DNA of 64,000 nucleotides from Magallana gigas. Its lineage: Eukaryota. Position numbers and translations under genes: made by a program. The stretch is taken from contig NC_088860.1 of the NCBI RefSeq assembly GCF_963853765.1, positions 37,262,001 to 37,326,000 on the forward strand, in the 5' to 3' direction. How positions within the stretch are numbered: position 1 is the stretch's first letter; the number at the start of each line of letters is the position of its first letter. Positions 53,085-64,000 of this stretch are shown here, in pieces. The notes beneath the pieces were generated by a model. That model saw nothing but the letters and a program-made list of their open reading frames with translations. It was not told the origin of the DNA and ran no database searches.

Positions 53085-56000
53085 TTAAATATAGTCATTA
53101 CCAAGCAAACTCTTTTGTTTCTGTTGATTTGAAATTTGACGAAGTTAAGAGAACTGTTTAAATTTTCCAAAACAAAGAGTTTTTTACTTCACAAGTACCA
53201 ACCTAAATTTGGGGAGATTGTTTCTCCCTAACAGAAATGTAGGGAAACTGTCAATATTTATGATACAGCATAATCTACAGGAATGATAATATACACAGTT
53301 TTAACCTTATAATTAATATTCCAACCAAGTTAATAAAGAATTAAAACACTTTTAAAAATTTTAAAACTCATTTTCCAATCTAATAGATTTAATGTATTTT
53401 ATGTATTCATACATTTCATAGAAATGTTTTGTAATTGTGTTAGCTAAATGACAAATAAAATCAGTCTCTGTACCTCTGTGTATTTTGAGGTATTAGTCAC
53501 ACCTTTTGACCCAATTAACCGTTGTGTAGAAGATTATTTTAATTTTTATGATAAATATAAGCAGACGATTTTATGATTATTTTAGCATTAATTTGGCAGA
53601 GTCATTAACTAATTACAAGCTACCAACCAATTGTAATATCAACACTGAAAGTAGTAATCATCGGTTCCCGGGTAGGTTAAGGCAACTCTGAGTTTAACGA
53701 CCGTCAAAATTATGATCAATTTAAAAATTGTTTGCTTTTATGAAGACAGTGCTGAATATTAATACCAACTTGAAATGAATATGTTAACCAAGATATTATT
53801 TTTTTACTTCAGAATCGACTCAATCTTTGAAGCTGTCGTGCCATAGTATCACTTGACATTTAAAAATAGATCACTTTTTCACCTTAACAAAAAATCAAAA
53901 AGTTTAACACTACCCCGAAGTTCATTTGTATGTATGATACAAAAATTCGATCGGCAATTAGTTCATGTTTATAAGTATTACTGCTAGAATCCTATTGTTA
54001 ATCGCATAAAATAAATATTGTCATTATTTCTCGGAAACCCCCTCAACTTCTTTAATTTTATTGAAGATTGTTTGTATTTTAATTTACAGCAACGAAGCAC
54101 ATGATTCTAGCAGCACTTTTCAAGTACTTAGGGTCATACACTTTTGAAATTTACCAAATTCATCTTTCATAATATTCTGGGTAGTGTTTCACTTTTGCCT
54201 TTTTTGTACACACTGACAGAGGAAAGGCCGGTCAAGGCATATAAATGTCTATTTGCTTCCCTTGTAAAACTCGCTGATAAAACAAAATATCAATGCCTTT
54301 ATTATCCTGATTATATCCTAACTGACACTCATATAAATCTTGGGTATTTGTATTAATTAAGTCTTATTTCGGCATTGTTTACACTGCATTCCGATGATTT
54401 GTCTACCGACATTGATCTTCTCTATTAAACATGCTTCTGACGTTGTCATACATACGTAATACAGAGAAATCGAAGATATATCAGTTAGAAGTTTCTAGTG
54501 ACATTTTTCTTCTGAAGTTCTTATAATTCAAACCAGAGATAAAGTTAAAATTGACATGTTTCTGAGTAAAATATGACACCATGCTGCTTATTGTGACGTC
54601 TTATCGATCAGAGGAATTTTACTCAGTCGATCGCTGAGAGTTGCCTTATCATACCCGCGGTGTAATTTTCAATGCACTGTGAGTAGGCTATATGTTGCCT
54701 CACCCCGTATTTATACCAATAAAAAATAAGACAATCGATTAATCACAAAAATGGTTAACTGAGACTGTGGAAACGTCTTTTGAAATAAATGATTATCGAT
54801 TTAATGTATCTGGGGTTAAATAACACGAACGTGAACTCAGAAATCAGGACGACTTCAACTCTTTGGGAGGAAATTTCGGCGAAGTTACTGATCAAAAAGC
54901 GAGTATTTCGCCCATGTTGATGATCGATACTATCAAAATAATTGTTAAACGAAAAAGATGTGGGTATTCTAAAAACGAATTTGGATAAATCAGGTTTCTT
55001 ATAAAAAAAATATTTTCAATGTGTAAAAAAAAAATTCAGTCAACGGGATTTAATTGGGTCGGTCGAGTAAGGGGAAAGATATATAATTTTAATTTTGGCC
55101 CAATTATCTAACTTAAGGGAATAAGCGATGCCGGAAATGTTAGATCTTCCTATTGAATCTACCAAACCCTTTGCAGACATAAAGCCTATCAAAAGGAGAC
55201 CAAGAGTAGAAAAATTGAACGAGTATGTTAATATCTCTTTTTTTTCTTCGTGCTAGAAGATGAGACCAGATTTCCTAATCAGGGCTGCAGTCAATTGTTG
55301 ACTTTTTTCTTGCGGCCGTATTCTACAACCATATCTACTCTGTCTATTTCTTATTTCAAAAACACAACCTTTGTTCAGAAGCCTACTGTTTTCTTTGATT
55401 TTATTGGAACCCAAGTAGTTTCACACAAATTCCTTCGACCCTGCATTAATGAGCACATTCATTTGAACCCGAAAAACCCGAGAAAAAGAGAAAGCCCACC
55501 CCCCACCCCCCCAAAAAAATAAAAAGTTAAAAATATTATATTCCTACTCGTCTCTGCTTTTCCCAATGAAAAATAAATGACGTTTTTCATACTTATGACT
55601 GGAAATTGCACATCACTTTGGCAAACATTCATCAATGCAATAATTTTCTGAAAACTTTTGAAATAAAAGATCAAACTCTCCAAAATTTAAAACCATCAAT
55701 TAAAATTTGATATCCAGTTTTTGTTAGATAAGAAATGTGTGTTTTAAAGTCCAGCCACCTCGAAACACTTGAACTATACTTATTGTTGACGATTTTAGGT
55801 TATTTATTGATTTGTTCAAAAAAGGCCATGAAATTCGAATTCTACATTACAGAACTTCTTCACAGCTTATTTTCTCTTTAGCTGCATTAATATTAATTTA
55901 TATTTTTTACACATATTGTTGTCATTTTAAACGCCTTTATTTGTTTGTTTTATAGTAACAATTTAATTTGAAATGAAAGCTTTTTCAATTTAAAGATTTC

Positions 56001-59000
56001 AAGAAAACATGCGATAAGTGATGTAGACCTTTTGTTTTAGAAAGTAAACCCCAATGGTATACATCTTGAAATGTTGCCTAAACGTTTATGAATTATTATA
56101 TTATCAATGAGCAAAAAAAAAAAAAAAACAACAACATATACATTAATTTCGTTTTGTGATTGTTGTCAAATAACGGAAAAATAACGTCATATTTTCATTT
56201 CACTTAAAAAGTAACACTGACAATTTTGTTTACCTTTTCTGACACACTGATTCATCCCCCCCTGTTTGTTCAACCTTTACCCTACGTCATTATCAAACAG
56301 CGTGATACAGCAGGTTAAATCTCTAAACAGCGACTAGGTGTAACTTATTGACACCAAGGCCAATGAGGTTCATACGGAAACTATGGCAAGATTATGTATT
56401 TTGAAGGTTTTGTACTCTAAGTCATTGACAACCCCCGCGGCCCTCCTCAAGACAACACTGGTTTATGCTGAAATTTTCGCTGCTACGGATTGTTTCATTC
56501 TTAAACACTTTCTAAGTCATTTGTTTGTTTAAGTTAATTTTATTGGGTAATGTTTTGTTTACATTACCGTTTGGAACTTGTTTACTTAGTTTTAAAGCTT
56601 TGTTTCGTTCCTGTAATAAAAATGTATAGTGTTATGTGCACTCAGAAATGGAAAATTTATTTTTTATTCACGCACAATTTTGAACGTAAGAAAGTACTTA
56701 AACAGTTTTAAAAGAATTCGATTAAAGGGATTTATATGACTTGTACTCCAGAAAATGGAACGAATCTCACTAAGTATTGCCAGCAAGATGAAGATTTTAC
56801 TTAAATCTTAAAAGACTCAAAACCTGTTTTAACCAAGGACAGGATATTTTATTGAAGTGATAGTAAATTGAACCTTTTTGGTGTAAAACATAATTTTGAT
56901 TTTCTATTTTTCAGACATAAAGAGTATGGTTTGTACGTACTCCGTTTGACCATGCTAGATGATTTATATTAGTTACAAAGTTGATAATGAATATAATAAC
57001 CGAGGTGAAATATAGATTAAACAATCATTAATTTCTTTTCAGTTTGATGATTGCAACCTCAAACAAAGTCCCAAGTACTTGATAACTTAGCAAACTCTTA
57101 TTAAATCAAATTTATGATTTTCTTCCTTGAGAATTCCCTCAATCAAACAATTTGAGATGGTGCAAACTTTGAACTTGTCTTGTGAACTTGGTTTAAATCT
57201 TTCAACTATATCGATGCAAAATGTTAAGAAAGAAACCGAAAATTCTTTTCGACATTTACTTAATGAAACATGAAAAAAAAAATTGATAAAAATAAATTCA
57301 GGAAATTTTTAGGTAACACGAAAGTTCGTAGATTTTATTTCATTTATCATCTTCCATTATCATATTCTACATCATGTACAATATCACTATTTTAATCTTT
57401 GTTTAAATAATTAGTTTTATTGTTTAAAAACGGCTAAATTTTCAAGTTGTTAAAATGAATCAAAAATACGACAGATAACGCCGGCGCAAACAAGACTGAT
57501 TTATCTTAAGGCCATTCACCTTGTAATAATCGGGTGTCGACATTGATTCAAGTTTTGTCGCAAAGTACGGCGAAACACCCTGATAATGCATGATTTATAA
57601 AGCACCATTGTATAATATAATAATAACAGATTTGAATAGAAAAAAGACAGTTATTTTCGAAAACATAATAAAAAATACAATTTTACTGTTACTACAGATT
57701 AGAAGCTTGTAGCATTTTCGAATTAACACTGTTTAATCTATACTTCTTTTTCGGAGAAAAAATTATTTTAAAGGTTTTATTTAATATTTACTTTTGTTAT
57801 TTATTATAAAAATTGTTTTTTTAACAGATAAAATGGAGTTTGTATAGCGATACAGTTTAATTCTAATTAACATATTCCATACAAGTTTGTTATCTTGATG
57901 GTCCATTTAAGCTTTGCTTACATCATCACTCATCATACACGTGATCTAATCATGAATACTTATGTATGAATTAGACTTCCAAGATTAAGACTTAGATTAT
58001 TAAATGAAAAAGTGCTTGACTGTTAGACAACTCTTTCACAATGGGAATTCTTTTCGTTATTTTGGTAAGACATCAAGCAGTTCATCAGTTAATGAATCAT
58101 GTCTCAAAGATTTGTTATAAAGCTTAAGTTTTTAAATATTTTCTACGATTTTTAATTGTGAAAGTGAGTCCTATTGATTTCAAAATGGTATGTGCTTTTG
58201 ATTTTAAAACAAATATTTTTTTTCAGATACTAGGATTATACTCAGACGATGGTTTGAACATTTTTTAGCTATCAAATTTAAAAAAATTCTAAGCACAGAA
58301 TTTACAAATTTAAACCCATCAATAAAATTATTTTAACCATTTTTATTGGTCGTCAGAGGTAGCATTTATTTCAATTTTGATCATCCATTTTTTTCAAATG
58401 GAGCTTCAATGGATAGGTACTACAGTTCAAACTTTTAAAAATAAATAGCTCTTAAACTGATTTTTTTATTTGATATTTTTTAAGGTATGAGTTATGCATT
58501 TTGTATATCATCTTACAGATGTATAAATGGCGACAGTTTTGTTTAAACTCAAAATGATAATTGTACAAAATCACACCCAATTGACACGCACTCACGATAT
58601 AACGTACAGCGGGGAAAGATCGAGACAGACACTCTTATCAATAGTGTTGTAATTGCGACTTAAATTAAGTAGAAAAAGGCGGTCAATATAGACGTTTCAT
58701 TTTATTATTATTAACCTTGCATTTCGTGCCTTTCCTGTCTATGCACATTTAAACAATCTGTCAGCTTGACCAAGCTTTGCAAGTCTAATAAGCGAAAAAA
58801 AAATCAATGTTCAATTACCAAACAAAAAAGTGGTTATATCTGAAGTATTTTACCTGCACTCTAAACATTATTCTTTTAAGAAGCCATTCATGTGTGAGGT
58901 AAGCACGTATTTACCTGATTTTAAAATAGCCTCGTTTTCAAAATGTGGTATATTTTAAGTAACGTTTTAATTTCTTTTCGTTTAGGTAAAGTTAACGCAT

Positions 59001-60496
59001 CCACATACAGTAAAACTTGTCTAATCGAGCGGAGGGTGGTTCTGAAAAATTTGGTCGGATTAGGCAACATCCGGTTTGGAGAACATTGTTGTTGATTAAT
59101 TTTAGTATCTCATGCAGTAGGTCTTGATCGTCTATTCTTGCAAATGGTTTTAATTTTTCTGAAATATTTTAGCTCTCCTTGGTCGTAATTACGGTGCAGA
59201 TTTACATTTTTCTATTTAGAAAACATTAATTGCATAACGGATTACGTACGATGAAATACTTGTGAATCAAATAATCGTAACTGATAAATTTTCAAACATC
59301 CGATTAACTTGAGAAGTCCGACACGAGACAAGTGCAGGAATCCCCGCAAATAGTTAAACAAACATTTACCACGCGACATCTGGCTGATTATGTAATGACA
59401 AGCACTGTTTTGAAAAGGAACCAATGATAAATATACGGGAATTTAAATAAAAAACGGGAATTTACTATAGAATGGAGCATTTTGACAAAGTAAAATGTGA
59501 CTCTGTAAGTGTAACAATACAACGCGCATTACAAACAATATTGACAGTCTTTCTCCCACGGTATCAAGAATCATGGCCTGAAAAAAAAATGAGGTGAAGC
59601 TTTTCATGTTAATCATCAATTAATAGTTTTAAAGCCAAGGAACAATGTAGTTGATTTTAAATTTAACCATTTATACAGTTACTTATGGTTTAAATCATGT
59701 TTTGTTTTTCATTACATGCGTATGAATGTTGTTCGGAAATAGTTTTCCTACTAAATATAGAGTGTATTTGTTCTTGGTTGTTCCGGAAGCCAACAAACAA
59801 CGCAATTTGTCCTATATAATGTATGTTGTACTTTTGGCAAAACATTTCATTTTGACAACTGGTTTCACATGCCGTTCATTCCTTTAAAAGGAATATCTGT
59901 TTAACCTCCCACGGACTCGCGATAGTTAATAAATAAATAGACATGTTAAAACGTTTACTTGTTTAAAGTATAGAACAATATGATTTATTATTAGAACAAT
60001 AAGTTGTCTATTATATAGTTTATATTTATTCAATTTGAACACACGTCTTTCCTTTTAAAGCTTGACAGAACTCTTAAAATATATATTTTGAGATAATAGA
60101 TCAATGGATGAGTAAAAAATATGGTATGATTTATAAAAGGTGTGTGTTCTCCCTAATGCTTACATATTATATGACACAATTATTACATGACCCAAACTAC
60201 ATATCAACCCAAAACAAACACACTAATCGCAGACACACTTTCGTCTAACCCTATTGATCAAACATATCTATGTACCGTTGAAATACTTTTGATAATGAAT
60301 TTAAGCTGAAATTTAAAAATGTAAAATCAATCTCTATAGTTTAAATGTTTGAAAATTCAGACTGTTTTGCTGACAATTTGTCAACGGAAGGTACTGTTTT
60401 TAATTTTCAGACGGGATTGTCAATCACATTTCAATGTTTTATTCAATTTCTTCTCCAAATACATATACACAACCCATAATATAAAAGTATGTTAAT

Positions 60497-60595
60497 ACAC
60501 TGTCATCATACCATACAATATAAAGATTTATACATTAGAATGATAAACTGTCATCATACCATACAATATAAAAATTAATACTAGAGAATGATATT
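60497..60595 (+). repeat. 2 x ~50 bp tandem repeat
   Basis: ACTGTCATCATACCATACAATATAAA(G/A)ATT.ATAC..AGAATGATA occurs twice. Confidence 0.8.
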
Positions 60596-61369
60596 GTGGA
60601 ATCATTTTAATTCATGGGGACCAATTTCCCTGGATTACTTACATTTTACAGGTTCGTGGGAACGTACTTTCGTGTATTTACTCAAACCAACATAAGGAAA
60701 TATGACTTTGAAACCCTAGTCTATTAATTCTAGGGGAATGTTAATTCGTTGATGAGAGGTACCCAAGAATATCACGAGATAATAAACTAGCACATAACAT
60801 ACTAAGTGAAAATTGATACAATTGAATAATACACTAGCACATGTGTCTGACCTTTCTATCCCATTCCTTTCCAACATCTATTTTATATGCAAATCATACT
60901 GTTTCCAAATTTAAATAATGTCATTCTATGTTAAGGGGAATTGAAATTGTTAATATAGAAAAATGACATTTTTAAATTAACCCTTTTCAGAATTTCCTAC
61001 TTTCCAACAACTTAATTGCCTACAATAGCATAGTGTTGTTAACAATCTTCTTTTATTGTAACAGTATTTTGAATAATGAATGGCCCGGTGTTTTTCCTAG
61101 CGTTATAAAATTGTGATTTTTCTCTCCATTAGGCTGATCAAATATTAGCCTTTCCTACTAAATAAACGTATATTGTTTCTAGAACTTTTCGGTTTTCTGT
61201 AAGCATTATATATGCATAAATTACGTTGTTGTATTGTTAAGAGTGTCTTGCTTCCAACGAAAAAAAAATTGTAAAAGGATATAAGTACATGTAATATATT
61301 TTATATATCAGACTTTGTTCGTACATGCCATACAGTTTAAAATGTGTGTTTACGGAGTATAGTTATGTA

Positions 61370-62012
61370 TAGTCTGTCCCAAGATATTTATGCAGCACAT
61401 TTGGACGATTTTTAATAAAATACAGTAAAACACGCTTATAACGAAGTCCCAGGGACGGCCAATTTAACTTCGTTATAAGCGTAATTCGTTATTACCGTCA
61501 AGTTTACAACATGAAATGGAGACTTCGGGAATGAAATTCACTTAGCTGTAAGCGTCAATTCATTATAAGCGTGTTCGCTATAACCGTGTTTTACTGTATA
61601 CACACACCTGTAAAAGAAGTGCAATTGAAATAGTTGAAAGGGATAATTTCCAAGATAATTCCATTGACACATTATCATCTTTCACTCGGAAAAATTCACA
61701 GAATCGAAAACAGATTCCTTACGGAGATTTATAATGGGAAATGTTTACATCTTTTTTTCAATTCGGAATACACTCGGAATACATCGCGCAATTTTACAAA
61801 GTTATCATCCGGACTTGCTTCAATACAAAATCCTCGTAGACATCACATTTTTTAGCATTGTATTTAGACCTGATGAGGTAACAGGGGCGTTTCCACTGAG
61901 AAATCATGGAAATTTTTCATACTTTTGAATGAACATTGTTTTGACCCTGATATATTTATAAATATAATGCAATTAAGCAAAATGTAAATCCAGGATATCT
62001 TGGGACAGAGTA
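61370..62012. mobile_element. Non-autonomous TIR element with 10 bp TSD (MULE-like TSD length), containing a nested TA-MITE at 61423-61596
   Basis: TAGTTATGTA|TAGTCTGTCCCAAGATAT ... ATATCTTGGGACAGAGTA|TAGTTATGTA. A further terminus of this family is at ~46761-46780. Confidence 0.75.
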
Positions 62013-62071
62013 TAGTTATGTAGTGCTATACAGGTGTTTGAGGTTTTAAATCACTTGGGTTTATTTTGAAG

Positions 62072-63160
62072 TCCATACGACACCAGTTCATCAAACAAAG
62101 ATCAGTTCTAAAGCAACTACCTCATTGTCCTCTAAAATGACAATACCAGGTAAATATGTATTTTTTCATTTCATCAAAATGCAATATCTAAGAACCTACT
62201 GTTCAACTTAAATCTAATATATGTAATAATTTTATTTTGTAGTTTACGCTCGTACAGTAGGTAAGATTATTCAACGCATGATTTGATGGGAATATTCCCA
62301 ATGTTGCCTTAAATCCTTTTTTTGGCCTTTTTTAATTTACAGTTCTATTTTAAAACATAAGCATTTATTTTGCGACAGGAATCTCTGATGTACTGTTTCC
62401 TTTTCGTTATGGGGGACACATCAAACTCAACGGTAGGGAGCTGTGTTATAGATCCTTCACCAAAACAGCCGGGGAGGCACTCTGCCAATCAAAAGGGCTG
62501 CAGTATGGGTCACATAACAGGTATACATGATTTAAAAATACTAGTGTGCGATATAGGCAACGTTTTTTTTAAAATTATGTTTTAGGACGCAGTTGAAGAT
62601 GAAAGCATAAGCGAGTCGAGTACCGTTGAACAGTAAAAATTACAATCAATAAAGTTTTACGTAAAATTATTTTTTAAAGTTGACATAAGTCAAACTTCAG
62701 ACAATATATTAGGCTGTATGAAAATTCCTAAGGATGAAGTAAAACGTTTCTAAAACAAAGATCAATTTCTTATCGTAGTAAAATTACATCAAGTTGATAT
62801 TTGAATTCCTATAAAAATTTAACGAAAATCATCAGGCATATTATGAAATTCAGCAAAAACTTTTTTTTCGATGAAAAAAAAAACATATTCTAAAATATAT
62901 GTATGCGAAGAAACAACGCCAACAGGATATTTCAAAACTTTTGTTTAACTTTTACATTAAAAGTTTCTGAAATGTTCATTTACATATATAAATCAAATTA
63001 AGGAAACCATTCATAAAGTTGTTTTGTGATTTCGTATGTTGTAGAACAATAATGTATGACCGTTATAGATCCCAGCTGCTTCACTGTTCCTATCCAGACC
63101 TGTCTTATTGCTACATTTTCCAGAGATTTTGTGATGAGGCTGTTGAATTACATTGTACAG
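62072..63160 (+). CDS. Probable internal exons of a gene with a Ser/Thr-rich stalk followed by an SRCR-like domain (partial)
   Basis: Phase-compatible AG/GT exons 62072-62149 (HTTPVHQTKISSKATTSLSSKMTIP), 62379-62520 (ISDVLFPFRYGGHIKLNGRELCYRSFTKTAGEALCQSKGLQYGSHN) and 63069-63160 (SQLLHCSYPDLSYCYIFQRFCDEAVELHCT). Cys spacing resembles SRCR (VCxxxF/W...AxxxCxxLG ... LxxC...C...vxC). 5' exons not located. Confidence 0.45.
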
Positions 63161-64000
63161 GTTGGCGTTTGTTTTCGTAAAGAAAAGTACGAATCTAATA
63201 TCTCGAATCTCAAATGAGCCTTCTCAGCCTTCGAAAAAAACAATTCATAAGAGACTATCAGCTGTTTATCAATCAAAAGTAAGCAGATGGATGATATAAG
63301 AATTTTAAATTTACGAGATGCTTTGGTTCTAAAACATACCTTTATATCTAATAAGGCTTCGAACTCATTTGGAATCCAATGTTTTATCAAACCGTTTTGT
63401 TTCAAATATTGGTATGTTGATCACTTGACAAGGAGAAGAAACAATTATGTAATAACAAATGAATTGAAACAGTACAGCGAGGAAACAAATAAAATCATCA
63501 AAGTATTAATTGTAAGAACTTACTTCGAAATTGTCATTGAAAAGTGTTGACAAAACATTTGTAGCATTTCAGATGGAAATTGATGTCTTTGACTGGTTGT
63601 TTGTTCGTACATCTACATGTATAAGATGCTTTGTGCAACGCGAAATCTCATTATAACACGAAATTCTACAGCCCTTTCCTTAATAATAATAACAACAAGG
63701 GGGTAATAACAATGTGTTGTGTTATGTCAACAACTGTTGTTTTTACTACATATTTATAAACGTTATATACGATTAATAACAGTTGTTTTGAGAAACATAA
63801 TCTTCTTGGAAATGTTTCTAAAAATAGTTTTGCCATTGTGTGAGACCATATGACTATAAAGTCTTTCAATCCTGTTTCAGATAAATACTTAATAAGTGTT
63901 AGAGGTATTCATGAACATACACCTAGTTTACAATTATAAAACTTTTTTTCAATATTTTGTCCTGCTGCTGTAGTTAAAAACAAAATCTGATAGATAGAAA

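Larger units (their letters stand above)
51790..53326 (+). repeat. 330 bp tandem duplication; second copy interrupted by a Kolobok-like element
   Basis: ACCCATATTTGAAACATAATGCTAGCTAGG... starts at 51791 and again at 52121. The second copy resumes at 53085 after the insertion. AACC microhomology at the junction. Confidence 0.9.

Noticed and set aside
61868-61910. CTGATGAG...GAAA hammerhead-like core (also CTGAAGA on the minus strand near 46635)
   Set aside because: No stem II or flanking helices can be formed.
1-64000. rRNA, tRNA, autonomous transposase or reverse-transcriptase genes
   Set aside because: None recognisable; no long ORFs in any frame.

Overview
AT-rich metazoan genomic DNA with spliced genes and many non-autonomous DNA transposons. 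The repeat types (TTAA-flanked Kolobok-like elements, Helentron/Pearl-like elements with degenerate ~160 bp core repeats) suggest a bivalve, probably an oyster; this is inference. The ORF track misses the main content. Positions 2.5-33 kb hold three head-to-head pairs of small 4-exon genes encoding secreted 14-cysteine proteins with a Spaetzle/NGF-type cystine-knot pattern. Gene B is on the minus strand, gene A on the plus strand, and their ATGs are about 1.1 kb apart. I assembled these by hand: every splice site, phase and reading frame is consistent. A and B share intron positions and all 14 Cys and are about 60% identical in the mature region, but only A has an RR-terminated pro-segment. 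Pairs 1 and 2 lie in a ~10 kb tandem duplication and are intact. Pair 3 is older and both partners look dead: A3 has a nonsense codon, and B3 lacks its last exon next to a ~3.9 kb TIR element. The rest of the window has a SAM-methyltransferase pseudogene, a TMEM45-like pseudo-exon, a Kolobok-type element carrying a P2X7-ballast-like ORF, nested transposons, and probable SRCR-like exons near the right end. No rRNA, tRNA or CRISPR features were seen. No database searches or alignment programs were run; identities are hand counts.
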